DNA of 64,000 bases from Polyangiaceae bacterium. Its GTDB lineage: Bacteria; Myxococcota_A; Polyangia; Polyangiales; Polyangiaceae. This document shows, piece by piece, positions 30,846-41,214 of this stretch. Each line of letters starts with the position of its first letter. Within the stretch, counting starts at the first letter, position 1. The position numbers and the translations under genes are program-made. The stretch covers positions 160,001 through 224,000 of the forward strand of contig JBNKBE010000007.1 in assembly GCA_050287085.1 (NCBI GenBank), given 5' to 3'. Under the pieces are notes generated by a model. The model had not been told where the DNA came from. It saw only the letters and a list, made by a program, of their open reading frames with translations, and searched no databases.

Positions 30846-31979
30846 ATGAAGAAGAGCCTGGTTGGATTCGCCTGGTGGCTGCTCGCCGCCTGCAGCAGTG
30901 ATGGCACGAGCGGCGGAGCTCGGGTGGATTCAGTCGAAGCGCTACCTCAGACTGAGGAGACGAGCGCGGGTGAGGCGTTGGGCACCGCTGGCGTTGTGCA
31001 GGTGGGTGCGTTGGGCGCGGGTAGCCGGACCTATGATTCCGCGGAGGCGCTCGCGGCGGGCCTAGGGGATGCCGTCGCTGCTGGACACGCGCTCGGCGGG
31101 ATTCACTTTCGGCTGATAGACGCACCAGTGGCGGCCGATGCGCTGTACGTGACTGTGTGCGCTGTTGACGTGCAATATCGCTCGGCGCCGGGCGACGCGA
31201 TGGCTGCCGCAGGGGAACCCTTGCATGAGTCCGAGCGTGTCCGCCCGGAGGATGCCGGCGTACGAGATGCAGCGCCCATGGGCGATCGGGTCGTTGATGC
31301 GGGTCGTCACCGCGCCGAAAACCACGCTTCGTTTGATGGCGGTCATGATGGGGCGGACGGGGGCGCCCCGGACGGGCAATGGGGTTGGGTTCGGCTTCGC
31401 GACGAATGCACAAGCACGGACCTGCTGACGCTGCAAGAGGGGGCCTTTGAGGAGCTTGGCTTCGCTGCGTTGCCGGCGGGCCGCTATGGACAGATACGCT
31501 TGAGGCTCGAGGAGTCCTCGGCCGTCATCGACGGGGAGGAGCATCCGCTCGTGGTTCCGTCAGCCGCAAGCAGTGGGTTGAAAGTGTCTGGCGGTTTTGA
31601 CGTCGCCGTGGGTGAGGTCACAGTTGTGACGCTCGATTTTGACGCCGCCCGGTCCCTTCATGTCGACGGGGCTGGGAAGTACCATTTGCGTCCCGTACTC
31701 TTCCTGGCGTCCGCTGAGCGCAAAGACGCGCACGGCAGCAACGGAGAGACCTCCGAGCATTCGGCGATGACCGCGCGACCGGACGAGCGAGGAGAGCGGG
31801 AAGCCGCCAGCGCCCCCAAAGCACATGGCCGGTCCGGGGTGAGCGGCGCCACGAGCGCCATTGATGGTGGGGCTCCGTCAGCGAAGAAAGGTCCCCGAAA
31901 GCCGGAGGGGGCGAGCCCATCGCAGGGCATGGGGGGTGGCCGCGGGAGCCAGCCCCGAGGTGGTCACGAGCTCGAATAG
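30846..31979 (+). CDS. DUF4382-like domain lipoprotein
   Basis: LAAC lipobox; L.DAP, DLLTLQ.G, LPAGRYGQIRL, L.VPS...SGLK, VTLDFDAARS, Y.LRPV; GGAGG RBS at ~30829. Confidence 0.82.
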   Translation: MKKSLVGFAWWLLAACSSDGTSGGARVDSVEALPQTEETSAGEALGTAGVVQVGALGAGSRTYDSAEALAAGLGDAVAAGHALGGIHFRLIDAPVAADALYVTVCAVDVQYRSAPGDAMAAAGEPLHESERVRPEDAGVRDAAPMGDRVVDAGRHRAENHASFDGGHDGADGGAPDGQWGWVRLRDECTSTDLLTLQEGAFEELGFAALPAGRYGQIRLRLEESSAVIDGEEHPLVVPSAASSGLKVSGGFDVAVGEVTVVTLDFDAARSLHVDGAGKYHLRPVLFLASAERKDAHGSNGETSEHSAMTARPDERGEREAASAPKAHGRSGVSGATSAIDGGAPSAKKGPRKPEGASPSQGMGGGRGSQPRGGHELE

Positions 31980-32048
31980 CTGCGACGAGCCCCCTCGCCA
32001 CAGCAAGAGGATCGGCCAGCGTGACACGACTTTCCCATCCGCGGGTCC

Positions 32049-32957
32049 TTAGCTCAATAGGCTCTGTATGATGGCTTCCGCGGGACGATTGTGCAGTGCC
32101 GCCTCGTCCCACGGAACCTGCATTGCGCGCGCTCCTTGGGTATTCTGCAAGCGCTGCCATTGGGACAGTTCGATGACTTCTCGTTCAGCGCGTTCCAAAC
32201 CGGGTGCGATGAACGGGCGGAGCTCTGGATGTGTATCACAAGTCATGCGCAAGCGTGCCGCGTCGGCCTCGCTAAACAGCCTTGGTAAACGGCCGTTTTG
32301 GATGACCGCGGCGATGGGAATGCCATTTCGTTCAGCTTCAGCGCAGAGCTCCAGTGCTTCACTGACCGGCAGCTCCTCCGGGAGTGTGACGACCACCATT
32401 CCGGAGAACGCGGGGCTTCGCAGATCGTTCCAGGCGGCCTCCGCGTCGCGTTGGAGCATTCCGTCGGCTCCGAGCTCCGAGATGACCCGCGGCACTTCGA
32501 GCATTTCCAGCGCGTGTCCCGTTGCAGGTGCGTCGAAGATCACCGTGTCGTAGCGGGGGCTGTGCTTGAGGCGCCCGCGCGCATGCCCCCACGCCTTGCC
32601 CAATACGGCCCATTGATGAAGCCCAGGCACAGCGCTCAGGAAACTCCGGCTGTAGCGATTCTGCGTCAGGGCACGAGATGCCAGACCGCTGCCGAGTACC
32701 AGCTCCGCGTACTCCGCAATGGAGGCCTGGGGGTCCAATACCACGGCGTCCAGATTGGGCGCTACGGCACTCACTGCGGAGCTCAAGCTCGCCCCCTGCA
32801 GCAGTTCCTTGCTGGGTCCGAGCTCACTTAGGGCGAGCAGTGTGCGTCGTCCAGCGCGACTCAGACCCCAAGCCAGGTTGCAGCAAATCGTCGTCTTGCC
32901 GACCCCGCCCTTGCCGGAAACGAAGAGGAACGGGAGCATGAATCGATCGGCCACCAT
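32049..32957 (-). CDS. ArsA/GET3-family ATPase
   Basis: SGKGGVGKTT deviant Walker A, FDAPATGH switch II, VTLPEELPVSE. Confidence 0.88.
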   Translation of the reverse strand: MVADRFMLPFLFVSGKGGVGKTTICCNLAWGLSRAGRRTLLALSELGPSKELLQGASLSSAVSAVAPNLDAVVLDPQASIAEYAELVLGSGLASRALTQNRYSRSFLSAVPGLHQWAVLGKAWGHARGRLKHSPRYDTVIFDAPATGHALEMLEVPRVISELGADGMLQRDAEAAWNDLRSPAFSGMVVVTLPEELPVSEALELCAEAERNGIPIAAVIQNGRLPRLFSEADAARLRMTCDTHPELRPFIAPGLERAEREVIELSQWQRLQNTQGARAMQVPWDEAALHNRPAEAIIQSLLS

Positions 32958-33128
32958 GGTATGTATGTCGCTTGCCCTGCTTCCTTACAACGGCTGTCCC
33001 GAGTTTGGCCACCGTGATGGTGGGTTTGGAACCCGAGGCCAAACCCGCGTTGTGAGGGGCCGCCGTTCAGGAGCAAGCTAGCGCCCGGGCTCTACTTTTA
33101 CTACAGAGGGGAGGCACCGCGCATTCAG

Positions 33129-34778
33129 ATGAAACTCGCCCTGATTCAGCTCAATGTTACTATTGGTGCGCTGCGCTCGAATGCAGAGCTTCTGCTCGAC
33201 GCGGCTGCCACGGCTTCGGACGCGGGAGCCGACCTCGCGATCGCCAGCGAACTCGTGGTCACTGGGTATCCCCCCCGGGACCTGTTGCTCTACCCGGGCT
33301 TCGTGAGCGACGTGGAGGCGACCACGCGGCAGATCGTCGAAAGCACAACCGACACCCTGCTTGTTTTCGGCACGGTCTCACGCGTCGGTCGTCGGCTCTT
33401 CAATTGCGCCGTTGCGGCCCGCCAAGGGCAGATCGTCGCGGTAGCGCGAAAACATCTGCTGCCCACCTATGATGTGTTTGACGAGCGGCGATACTTCGAC
33501 CCTGGTGACCAGGCGTGTGTGGTTGAGTGCGCCGGACGTCGCGTTCTGCTGAGTATCTGTGAGGACGCGTGGGCTAGCGACCCAACGCTTGCCGGAGTCT
33601 ACTCGGAGCCGCTGGTTCCCGCCGCGTTGCGTTCTGGAGTCGACCTGCACGTCAATCTTTCCGCGAGTCCGTTTACCCGAAACAAGCCGGTACAGCGGCT
33701 GCGCGTGTTCGCAGACACGGCGGCGGAGTTCCGGACGCCGACGGTGATGGTCAATCAGGTCGGCGGCAACGACGAGCTCCTATTTGACGGCGGAAGCTCA
33801 GCCTGGAACGCTCGCGGCGAGTGTGTTGCGCGAGCCAAGAGTTTTGAGCCCGATCTGTTGATGCTTGAGTCGGGTGTTCTATTCGGAGAAGGTGGAGCGT
33901 CGCGCATCGAGACACCCGCTGGCGGAGACGCTGCATCCGTGTACAACGCCTTGGTCATGGGGACACGGGACTACGCTTATAAGTGTGGTTTCAAACGCGC
34001 CGTAATTGGGCTGAGCGGTGGCATCGATTCGGCACTGGTAGCCACCATTGCGGCTGACGCCCTTGGCGCAGCGCAGGTTCTCGGGGTGGGCATGCCCTCG
34101 GAATACTCATCACCCGGCTCCGTAGAGGATGCGCGCGCGCTCGGGATGAATCTTGGCATTGGCTTCGAGTTGGTCTCCATCGAGCCAATGGTATCTGCCT
34201 TTCGCGACGCGCTGACGGATCCACTCGATCGGCTATATCCTGCTTCTGAGCAAGACACGACCTGGGAAAACGTCCAGGCGCGTGCTCGCGGTGCGATCAT
34301 CATGGCGATATCGAATCGAAGCGGAGCATTGCCCCTTACAACCGGCAATAAGAGCGAGCTAGCCGTAGGCTACTGCACACTGTACGGGGACATGGCGGGG
34401 GGCCTCGCGGTCATCAGCGATATCCCCAAGACCTTGGTCTACGAGCTTGCTCGCCATGTCAATCGCGATGGCATCCGCATCCCGATCGCTACCATTGAGA
34501 AGCCCCCATCGGCCGAACTCCGCCCCGATCAGCTCGATTCCGATTCGCTGCCGCCCTATGAAGTGCTCGATCCGATCATTGCGGGCTACGTCGAAGAGCA
34601 TCTGACCGCGGACGAACTGATCGGTCGCGGCTTCGAGCGGGACACTGTCGAACGCGTCGTTCACCTGATACGGGGTGCAGAGTACAAGCGCCGGCAGGCC
34701 GCACCCGGTCTGATCATAACGCGCAAAGCATTTGGGCTTGGTCGTCGTCTCCCGGTGGCGCAGGGCTATCGGTATTGA
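33129..34778 (+). CDS. nadE: Glutamine-dependent NAD+ synthetase
   Basis: Nitrilase-type domain (ELVVTGYPPRD, K.LLP.Y.VFDE.RYF, ICED) plus GLSGGIDS, ENVQAR, TGNKSE, PPSAEL. Confidence 0.96.
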   Translation: MKLALIQLNVTIGALRSNAELLLDAAATASDAGADLAIASELVVTGYPPRDLLLYPGFVSDVEATTRQIVESTTDTLLVFGTVSRVGRRLFNCAVAARQGQIVAVARKHLLPTYDVFDERRYFDPGDQACVVECAGRRVLLSICEDAWASDPTLAGVYSEPLVPAALRSGVDLHVNLSASPFTRNKPVQRLRVFADTAAEFRTPTVMVNQVGGNDELLFDGGSSAWNARGECVARAKSFEPDLLMLESGVLFGEGGASRIETPAGGDAASVYNALVMGTRDYAYKCGFKRAVIGLSGGIDSALVATIAADALGAAQVLGVGMPSEYSSPGSVEDARALGMNLGIGFELVSIEPMVSAFRDALTDPLDRLYPASEQDTTWENVQARARGAIIMAISNRSGALPLTTGNKSELAVGYCTLYGDMAGGLAVISDIPKTLVYELARHVNRDGIRIPIATIEKPPSAELRPDQLDSDSLPPYEVLDPIIAGYVEEHLTADELIGRGFERDTVERVVHLIRGAEYKRRQAAPGLIITRKAFGLGRRLPVAQGYRY

Positions 34779-34827
34779 GGCGTGTCTGAATGGGTGATGT
34801 TGCCAAAGAGTTGAAGGACGGATTGTG

Positions 34828-35493
34828 ATGGCGAGAATCGGAGTTGTGCTTGTATGCGTCGTGGTGGCGGCGTGCAGTCGTTCTCAGGTTCCTGGCGGCA
34901 AGGAAGAAGCAGCGGCGCCCGCGGCGAGTGTCTCGGCGCGAGCACGTCCCACGGCGCCCCCCTATCCAACGGCAGTGCCGATTCCGACGCAGAGATACTT
35001 CCAGCTGCCCAGCGGCCCGGTATTGGCCGTGCTACCCGGTCGTGGATTGGGACCGATTCGCTTCGGGGCGACGGTTGCGACGATCGAGCGACACATGGAA
35101 ATGCCGTGTGATGCCAAGACAGAAACGCTGTGTCGATATCGCGAACGGGCCGTGGACTTTCATCTGGCCGACGGCGTGCTGCGCCGAGTCGAGGTGCAGG
35201 GGGACGAACGCCCGTATGGCGACAAGGAGCAGACCTACGGCGTATTCAACGGGCTGCTGCTGGGTGGGGCGCAGTTAGGAATGTATCGCAACATCGTTAT
35301 CGAGGAGTTTGGTGAGCCCGACAAGACGGAGCTCTCCCCAGAGCCGGGCAATCCAGTGAGGCGCGACAGCTATGACGGCGTCGTGCTCGAGTACGACAAA
35401 CTGCACAATGGCAACGTCGTTCTGGCGGGAATCGTGGTGACTCCTTCGAAGACGGCGAAGGATAACTATCTCACTGCGACGCGACCCAGGTAG
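34828..35493 (+). CDS. Hypothetical lipoprotein
   Basis: VAAC lipobox; PGRGLGPIRFGAT motif. Confidence 0.7.
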   Translation: MARIGVVLVCVVVAACSRSQVPGGKEEAAAPAASVSARARPTAPPYPTAVPIPTQRYFQLPSGPVLAVLPGRGLGPIRFGATVATIERHMEMPCDAKTETLCRYRERAVDFHLADGVLRRVEVQGDERPYGDKEQTYGVFNGLLLGGAQLGMYRNIVIEEFGEPDKTELSPEPGNPVRRDSYDGVVLEYDKLHNGNVVLAGIVVTPSKTAKDNYLTATRPR

Positions 35494-35770
35494 TTCGTGC
35501 TCCCCGCGTTCTGAGCCGGGTGTTTGATGTGGTGGCGGTGGCCAGTGCGTGGTGACGGTCAGCGGCGGGGGCCGAGGCAATCCCGGGGAGAGCGGGTCGC
35601 GCGCAGCGCCCTTCTCGGCCGGTGATACGCAAGCTTGCGCTAGTGACGGCATTATCCGTCGGTGTCGTCGGCCTTGGGGGCGTCGAGAGTTCGCGTTTGG
35701 AACCTTAGACGGGTGAGCCCCGGCTCCATCTTGGCGGTGGTGTCGGGGGGTGTCACCATGCCCCATGGTC

Positions 35771-36970
35771 ATGTCCTTGTTGGATGTAGAGCGGGCGTCG
35801 GACCGCGGCGTTGAGCGTGCATTTGCCCTTCGTTCGGGCTATGCGCGGATCGTTCGTTGGGGCCGTTGCTCTGCGGCGCGCGGGTTGCTCGGGAGCTTGT
35901 TGGTGTTGGGTCAGGCCTGTTCGGACGCGTCCACCGGATCGCCTTCCGGCGCTGCTGGAGCTGGACTCGTTCCCGTGGCTGGTACCGGTGGGGCCCAAGC
36001 CGGGGGCGGGGGGCTGGACACTGCGGCGGGTGCCGACCAAGGCGGCGGCGGCGCTGCAGCCCCTGGAGGCACTGGTTCGGGCGGCGTGGGGGACCAGGCT
36101 AACACCGGGGGCGGGAGCGATGAGGGCGGCGCGTCCGGTGGGGGTGCTGGGGGGAGTCCCGAAGGGGGCGCTTCGGGCGAGGCGAACGCCGGGGTCGGCG
36201 GAGCGGATCCGGCGACTCCAGAGGGAGGCACGTCAGGGGCCGGGGTCGCCGGCTCCGAAGCGGGCGTTGGGGGCGACTCAGGTCAGGAGGTACCCGGCTT
36301 TAACCCGTGTCCGAGCGATGGTTCGCCCTGTCGCGTCATGCCCCTCGGGGACTCAATCACCCAGGGTTATGGGTCGACAGGTGGAGGCTACCGCAAGGAA
36401 TTGTTTCGGTTGGCAGTCGAAGGTGGCAAGAACGTCACTTTCGTCGGTAATGCGAACGATTTCGCTCCGAACCCCCCGACGGTTGCGGGACAACCTTTTC
36501 CGACCAACCACGAGGGGCACGGTGGATTCACGGTCAACCAGATCGCCGATCTGGTCGACGCTTCCATAAGTAGACACCAACCTCATGTTGTATTGTTGAT
36601 GATCGGAACCAACGATCTCAACGGCGGGCAGGACGCTCAGGGGACCGCCATGCGTCTAGACAACTTGGCTGGTCGGATCATCCAGGACGCGCCCGATGCG
36701 CTGCTTGTCGTCGCCAGCATCATCCCCATCGAAAACGGCAACGGCGGGAAGGTGCAACCCTACAACTCAGCCTTGGCGGACATCGTAGATCGTCGCGCTG
36801 CGGCTGGGGACCACATCTTATTCGCTGACAATCATGCAGCGTTCACGAGTCGTCAGGACTACGGACCGGCGTGGATGGGCGATACACTTCACCCCAACGA
36901 CGACGGCTACGTTCAGCTCGGTGCGTCGTACTATGAATCTATCGGTGACTTTCTCTTGAGCACTCCTTGA
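35771..36970 (+). CDS. SGNH/GDSL esterase (CE3-like), probable lipoprotein with Gly-rich linker
   Basis: MPLGDSIT, HEGHGG, LMIGTND, D.LHPNDDGY blocks; start uncertain. Confidence 0.88.
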   Translation: MSLLDVERASDRGVERAFALRSGYARIVRWGRCSAARGLLGSLLVLGQACSDASTGSPSGAAGAGLVPVAGTGGAQAGGGGLDTAAGADQGGGGAAAPGGTGSGGVGDQANTGGGSDEGGASGGGAGGSPEGGASGEANAGVGGADPATPEGGTSGAGVAGSEAGVGGDSGQEVPGFNPCPSDGSPCRVMPLGDSITQGYGSTGGGYRKELFRLAVEGGKNVTFVGNANDFAPNPPTVAGQPFPTNHEGHGGFTVNQIADLVDASISRHQPHVVLLMIGTNDLNGGQDAQGTAMRLDNLAGRIIQDAPDALLVVASIIPIENGNGGKVQPYNSALADIVDRRAAAGDHILFADNHAAFTSRQDYGPAWMGDTLHPNDDGYVQLGASYYESIGDFLLSTP

Positions 36971-37024
36971 GAGGCTCGCTTGCAGTTGTTATTTGGGCGC
37001 GTTGAGGCGCCGGGAAGGCTTTCC

Positions 37025-38182
37025 ATGTATATGAAAAATCGCGCTCTGCGCTTTCCGCTTGTTGCTACGACCACCCTGCTGCTAGCGGCATGTGGTGTTG
37101 AAGACCCCACGCCGTCCGGCGCGGGGGGGGCGGGCGCCGTTGCGGGCACGTCTGGCACTGGGGGCACCAGCATGGGTGCCGCGGGTATGGTGGGCGCAGG
37201 CGCAGGGAGCGCAGGAATGGCCACGGGTGGGACCGGCGGCGCGGGCGGCGCGGCCGTCGCGGGTGCTACGGGCGACCCCGTCGCGGGTGCCGCCAATGGT
37301 GGTGCAGCGGGTGAAACGGCGGGTGCCGCGTCCGGTGGGACGAGCGGAGCCGAAGCGGCGGGTGCAGCTGGCGACGACGCCGGTGGTGCTGGCGGCGCTG
37401 AAGGGGGCGCCGCGGGGGCGGGCGACGAACCGGCGCTGCCGCCGATCGACGACTACACCGCCCAAGGACCGTTCAGCACAACGGTCGAAATGGGCCAGGG
37501 TCCCGGTGGCAACTACACGGTGTTTAGGCCGGAGCCCCTGGGAGAAGATGGCTTCCTGCACGCCCCCATCATGTTTGGGCCGGGCATTGGGCAGTCCGTC
37601 AATGTTCACACTCAGATGCTCACCAACTTCGCCAGCCATGGCTTCGTGGTGGTTGGCAGCCCGACGCTCAACGGTGGGCCAGGTGCTCCGGACAACCTAC
37701 AGAAGATGGAGGATGGACTTGATTGGGTGTTGGCGCAGAACGAGGCGGGGGGGCAATATGAGGGCAAGCTTGCCGTGGACAAGGCCATCTCAATGGGCTT
37801 TTCGGTGGGTGGAACCTCCGCGGTGCAGCTCGGCGGGCACGCCGCGGTAGCCACTGTGGTTTCGATTCACGGTCATGGTGCGATGGCGGACCTGCACGGG
37901 CCCATGCTGCAGACCACGGGTACGGGCGACACGGTCGGAATGCCGCTTCAGCAGCAAACCTACAGCAATTCTCAGGTGCAGACCTTTCTCGCCACGCTGA
38001 CCGGTGCGCCCCATCCTTATATCGAGAGCAACGGAGGCGGCGAGGAGCGCCCCGCGATCCTCGCTTGGATGCGCTATTGGATCTACAACGACAACGGCGC
38101 GCGTGATTACTTCTTCGGGGATGACTGCGTGTTGTGCAAAGCACCGTGGGAGAATCCGCAGCGGAAGAATTGGGAAGAGTGA
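37025..38182 (+). CDS. Alpha/beta hydrolase lipoprotein (cutinase/chlorophyllase-like)
   Basis: LAAC lipobox, Gly/Ala linker, FASHGFVVV, GFSVGG nucleophile elbow, candidate catalytic Asp (GTGDTV) and His (GAPH). Confidence 0.78.
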   Translation: MYMKNRALRFPLVATTTLLLAACGVEDPTPSGAGGAGAVAGTSGTGGTSMGAAGMVGAGAGSAGMATGGTGGAGGAAVAGATGDPVAGAANGGAAGETAGAASGGTSGAEAAGAAGDDAGGAGGAEGGAAGAGDEPALPPIDDYTAQGPFSTTVEMGQGPGGNYTVFRPEPLGEDGFLHAPIMFGPGIGQSVNVHTQMLTNFASHGFVVVGSPTLNGGPGAPDNLQKMEDGLDWVLAQNEAGGQYEGKLAVDKAISMGFSVGGTSAVQLGGHAAVATVVSIHGHGAMADLHGPMLQTTGTGDTVGMPLQQQTYSNSQVQTFLATLTGAPHPYIESNGGGEERPAILAWMRYWIYNDNGARDYFFGDDCVLCKAPWENPQRKNWEE

Positions 38183-38302
38183 GCGACTGCGCCGCAGCGC
38201 CTCAGATTTGAGACGTGCTGCGGTTCGAGATGCCGGACAATGATGAGAAGCGTTGTTCGGCATCGCTATTGACGAAGTCCCCCCGCATCATTGCTACACG
38301 CT

Positions 38303-39340
38303 ATGTCCAATCTCTCCTCTTCATTCCCGCGCCGAACCCAGCTTGTCGCTTGTGCGCTCATGTTGGCAGTCTCTTCCTGTTCATCCGATGAGGCACCGCT
38401 GCCGGCTCCAAGCTCCGCCGCGGGTGCGGGCACAACGGGGGCGGGTGCCGGCGGAGCGGACAATGTGCCAGACTCGCCCGCCGATTCCGCGGGTGGGGCC
38501 GCGGGTGCGGGCGGCGCCGGGGTTGCGGGTGTTCTGGGGACCGAAGAGCTTGCAGGGAGCGCTGGCGTGGACGCCAGCGCCGGGACAGGCGGCAGCTCCG
38601 GAGCTGCTCCGGCTTCGGCTGGCGCGTCGGGTGCTGGCGCAGAGACCGCAGGGGGCAACAACGCTGGGCAGGGGGGAGCTGGGGTTGTGGACGCCGGGGC
38701 CTTGCCCGACGATGGTCGAGGTCCCCACGCACCGGTTGAGGGGTCGATCGAGGTGCTCTACGACGGGCACGGCTTTGCCAATTGGGAGCCGCTGGACCGT
38801 GCGCTCAGCGAGGTGAACTGGCGCGAGGATAGCGTTGAAGGCTCCATGGAAGTGACGCCGACCTACAGCAATCACATCGTCACCAATGCGGAGCAACTGC
38901 ACCGTGATGTATTCCTTCACATAGAGTTCCGCAGTCCCAATGAGCCCGGCCAGACTGGTCAGGATAGGGGCAACAGCGGGATCTATTTGCAATCTCGCTA
39001 CGAAATGCAGGTGTTGGACTCGGAGGGGCGCCCCCCCGAGATCGACGGTTGCGGTGCTGTCTACAAGGTAAGCTTGCCACTGGTAAACGCCTGTAAGCCC
39101 GCCGAGGAGTGGAACGTATACGAGATCGACTTCAAGGCCCCTCGTTTTGAGGCGGGCCAGAAGGTGGCAAACGCCCGTATCACGGCGTGGATCAACGATC
39201 AGCTAGTACAAGACGACACTGAAGTGCCGGGCCCCACTCAGGCAGGTCAAGCCGGGGAACCCGACGCGCCGCAGCCACTGTATCTCCAAGATCATGGCGA
39301 TCTGGTGCGCTATCGCAACGTGTGGTGGATTCGCCTCTAG
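38303..39340 (+). CDS. DUF1080 (3-keto-glycoside hydrolase-like) lipoprotein
   Basis: VSSC lipobox; LHIEF, GNSGIY, YEMQVLD, EWNVYEI, LQDHG..VRYRNVW. Confidence 0.88.
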   Translation: MSNLSSSFPRRTQLVACALMLAVSSCSSDEAPLPAPSSAAGAGTTGAGAGGADNVPDSPADSAGGAAGAGGAGVAGVLGTEELAGSAGVDASAGTGGSSGAAPASAGASGAGAETAGGNNAGQGGAGVVDAGALPDDGRGPHAPVEGSIEVLYDGHGFANWEPLDRALSEVNWREDSVEGSMEVTPTYSNHIVTNAEQLHRDVFLHIEFRSPNEPGQTGQDRGNSGIYLQSRYEMQVLDSEGRPPEIDGCGAVYKVSLPLVNACKPAEEWNVYEIDFKAPRFEAGQKVANARITAWINDQLVQDDTEVPGPTQAGQAGEPDAPQPLYLQDHGDLVRYRNVWWIRL

Positions 39341-39377
39341 ACGGACCCGTTGGACCCTCTAGACGGACCCGTTGGAC
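39334..39377. repeat. 22-bp perfect tandem duplication spanning the DUF1080 stop codon
   Basis: CCTCTAGACGGACCCGTTGGAC x2. Confidence 0.92.
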
Positions 39378-39406
39378 AGGGTTCGGAGTCGGCGGACGGA
39401 AGCCGA

Positions 39407-40441
39407 CTACTTCAAGCGCTGCAGTCCGCGTCTTGCTTCAGGAGCTAGTGGCGAGTCCGTGTGCTCGCGGAGTAGCTTGCGGTAGAGGGCTCGTGCGCGG
39501 TTACTCTGTCCCCGACGCTCTGCCGAAAGCGCTTCCGCCAGAAGAGTGCTCTGCTCAGCCAGCGCCGACGGAGGTGCTTCGGCTGGTTCCGGGAGGGATT
39601 CGGCCGCTCCGGGCAATCGCAGGCTGGGTGCAGCACGTCGCCTAGCACGCAACCCGTCGCGCCGCTCATCGCGGGTTTCCGCGGCGCCCGCCACTTCCTC
39701 AAGCTCGGACTGACACCCCCAACTCTGGCCGCCCGCAACCATGTGCTGCTTGCCACGTGACCGGACTTCAACCAAACCCTCCGTGACTCTCACGCAGGTT
39801 CCGCCAGCTTCGGCGGCCTCGGTGTCGACCGTAAACACCGTGCCGTGCACCACGACCTCCGCCGAGGGCGTACGCACCGAGAAGCTTCCCCTCTTGCCGA
39901 GGTGAGGCACGTTGCAGTGGACACGACCAGCAACCAAACCAAGCCGGGTCGAGCCCTGCGACGCGGCGACGTCGTCCAACTTGACGCGTGTACCCGCACC
40001 TAGCCCAACGACAACGCCTTGGGGGGTTCGCAGCGTCGCCGAGTCACTGACAGCCAGCTCGCCACGCGATGGAATGCTGGAATCCAACGAGACGTCGGCA
40101 ACGTCTTGGTTCGGTGTTGAAAGCACGGCGCGACCACCGGTGACGTGCAACGAGACCTGCCCATGCTCAGCGCCACTAGCCGCTACCACGTCGTTTGTGC
40201 CCGCGCTTTGGTTGACCACGAAGAGCGTTATGCCTGCCGCCATAGCAAGCGCGCCAAGACCCCAACCAAGGGGACTCATGCGACCCGTGGATTGCGAGCG
40301 TTCGGCTTCTTCAACAACGAGCGCCCGCAAAGTCGGGAGCACGCGGGCTCGCTGCGCTGCTGTTTCATCGGCACCGGCCAACGGAATTGGCGCATCGCGC
40401 CAGGCTTGGAGTAGCGCTTCTACCTCTAGGTCCCGTTTCAT
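39407..40441 (-). CDS. FecR-domain anti-sigma factor with a C-terminal TPR-like hairpin
   Basis: Single TM; F.VRTP.AEVVVHGTVFTV and VRVTEGLVEV (FecR); YRKLLREHTDSPLAPEA; overlaps the sigma factor stop. Confidence 0.85.
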   Translation of the reverse strand: MKRDLEVEALLQAWRDAPIPLAGADETAAQRARVLPTLRALVVEEAERSQSTGRMSPLGWGLGALAMAAGITLFVVNQSAGTNDVVAASGAEHGQVSLHVTGGRAVLSTPNQDVADVSLDSSIPSRGELAVSDSATLRTPQGVVVGLGAGTRVKLDDVAASQGSTRLGLVAGRVHCNVPHLGKRGSFSVRTPSAEVVVHGTVFTVDTEAAEAGGTCVRVTEGLVEVRSRGKQHMVAGGQSWGCQSELEEVAGAAETRDERRDGLRARRRAAPSLRLPGAAESLPEPAEAPPSALAEQSTLLAEALSAERRGQSNRARALYRKLLREHTDSPLAPEARRGLQRLK

Positions 40442-41118
40442 GAGGTCTTCCCATCCTTTGGCCGCACCGCGTGAGCCAGTCGCACAAGCTCTTTGCGAGC
40501 TCGCAATAGTCGCGACTGCGCCGCGGGGTAAGAGGTGCCCGTCATCTGAGCGACCTCGAGTAATTCGTAACCGAGCACATCGTGAAGAAGGAGCGCCTCT
40601 GCGGGTGCATCCTTCATGCGGGCCAGCACGCGCTGAATGAAGAGCACGTCGGATCTGGCTTCCAGTCGTCGTTCGACCCCAAGCGTGGCTGTTGGCTCTC
40701 GCAGCACGTCTGAGGTAGCGTCCAGCAGCCGTCGCTCACGATAGCGTTTGCGCAGCCAATCCAAAGCGGTATGGGCCGCGACGGCCGCCGACCATGCGCC
40801 CAGGTCGGAGTCGCTGTCCAGCGGCTTGCGGCAGAGTGAGCGTATCATTCGCTCAAAGGCAGCCTGGACGAGATCATCGTAGTCGGGGCCCGTGGCTGTC
40901 AGCACCCGGCGAATGGTGCGGTCCACCACCGGCTGGACTCGGTCGTAGAGCGCGTTGGCCGCGTCGGGACGCCCAGCGCGAACGCCCGCGATGATCTCGG
41001 CGTCCGAGGGCGCCTTCGCGGCGGCATGGCGACTACGAGGGGTCAGTTGTACGACCCCATACGCGCGCTCTGGCTGGGAAATAGCTTTGGACACCTGGAA
41101 TACCGATGCCCGATCCAT
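40438..41118 (-). CDS. ECF RNA polymerase sigma factor
   Basis: DDLVQAAF, W...VA.H.ALDWLR (region 2); LLLHDVLGY...EVA...SRLLRARKEL (region 4). Confidence 0.9.
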   Translation of the reverse strand: MDRASVFQVSKAISQPERAYGVVQLTPRSRHAAAKAPSDAEIIAGVRAGRPDAANALYDRVQPVVDRTIRRVLTATGPDYDDLVQAAFERMIRSLCRKPLDSDSDLGAWSAAVAAHTALDWLRKRYRERRLLDATSDVLREPTATLGVERRLEARSDVLFIQRVLARMKDAPAEALLLHDVLGYELLEVAQMTGTSYPAAQSRLLRARKELVRLAHAVRPKDGKTS

Positions 41119-41214
41119 CGCCGGAAGTAAGCGTCTTCATGCAAAAAAACGCGCGGTAGCCCGACCCGCGGGTGCATTCGCCGCACCGATTATCGATCAC
41201 AAAATCGACCCGTT

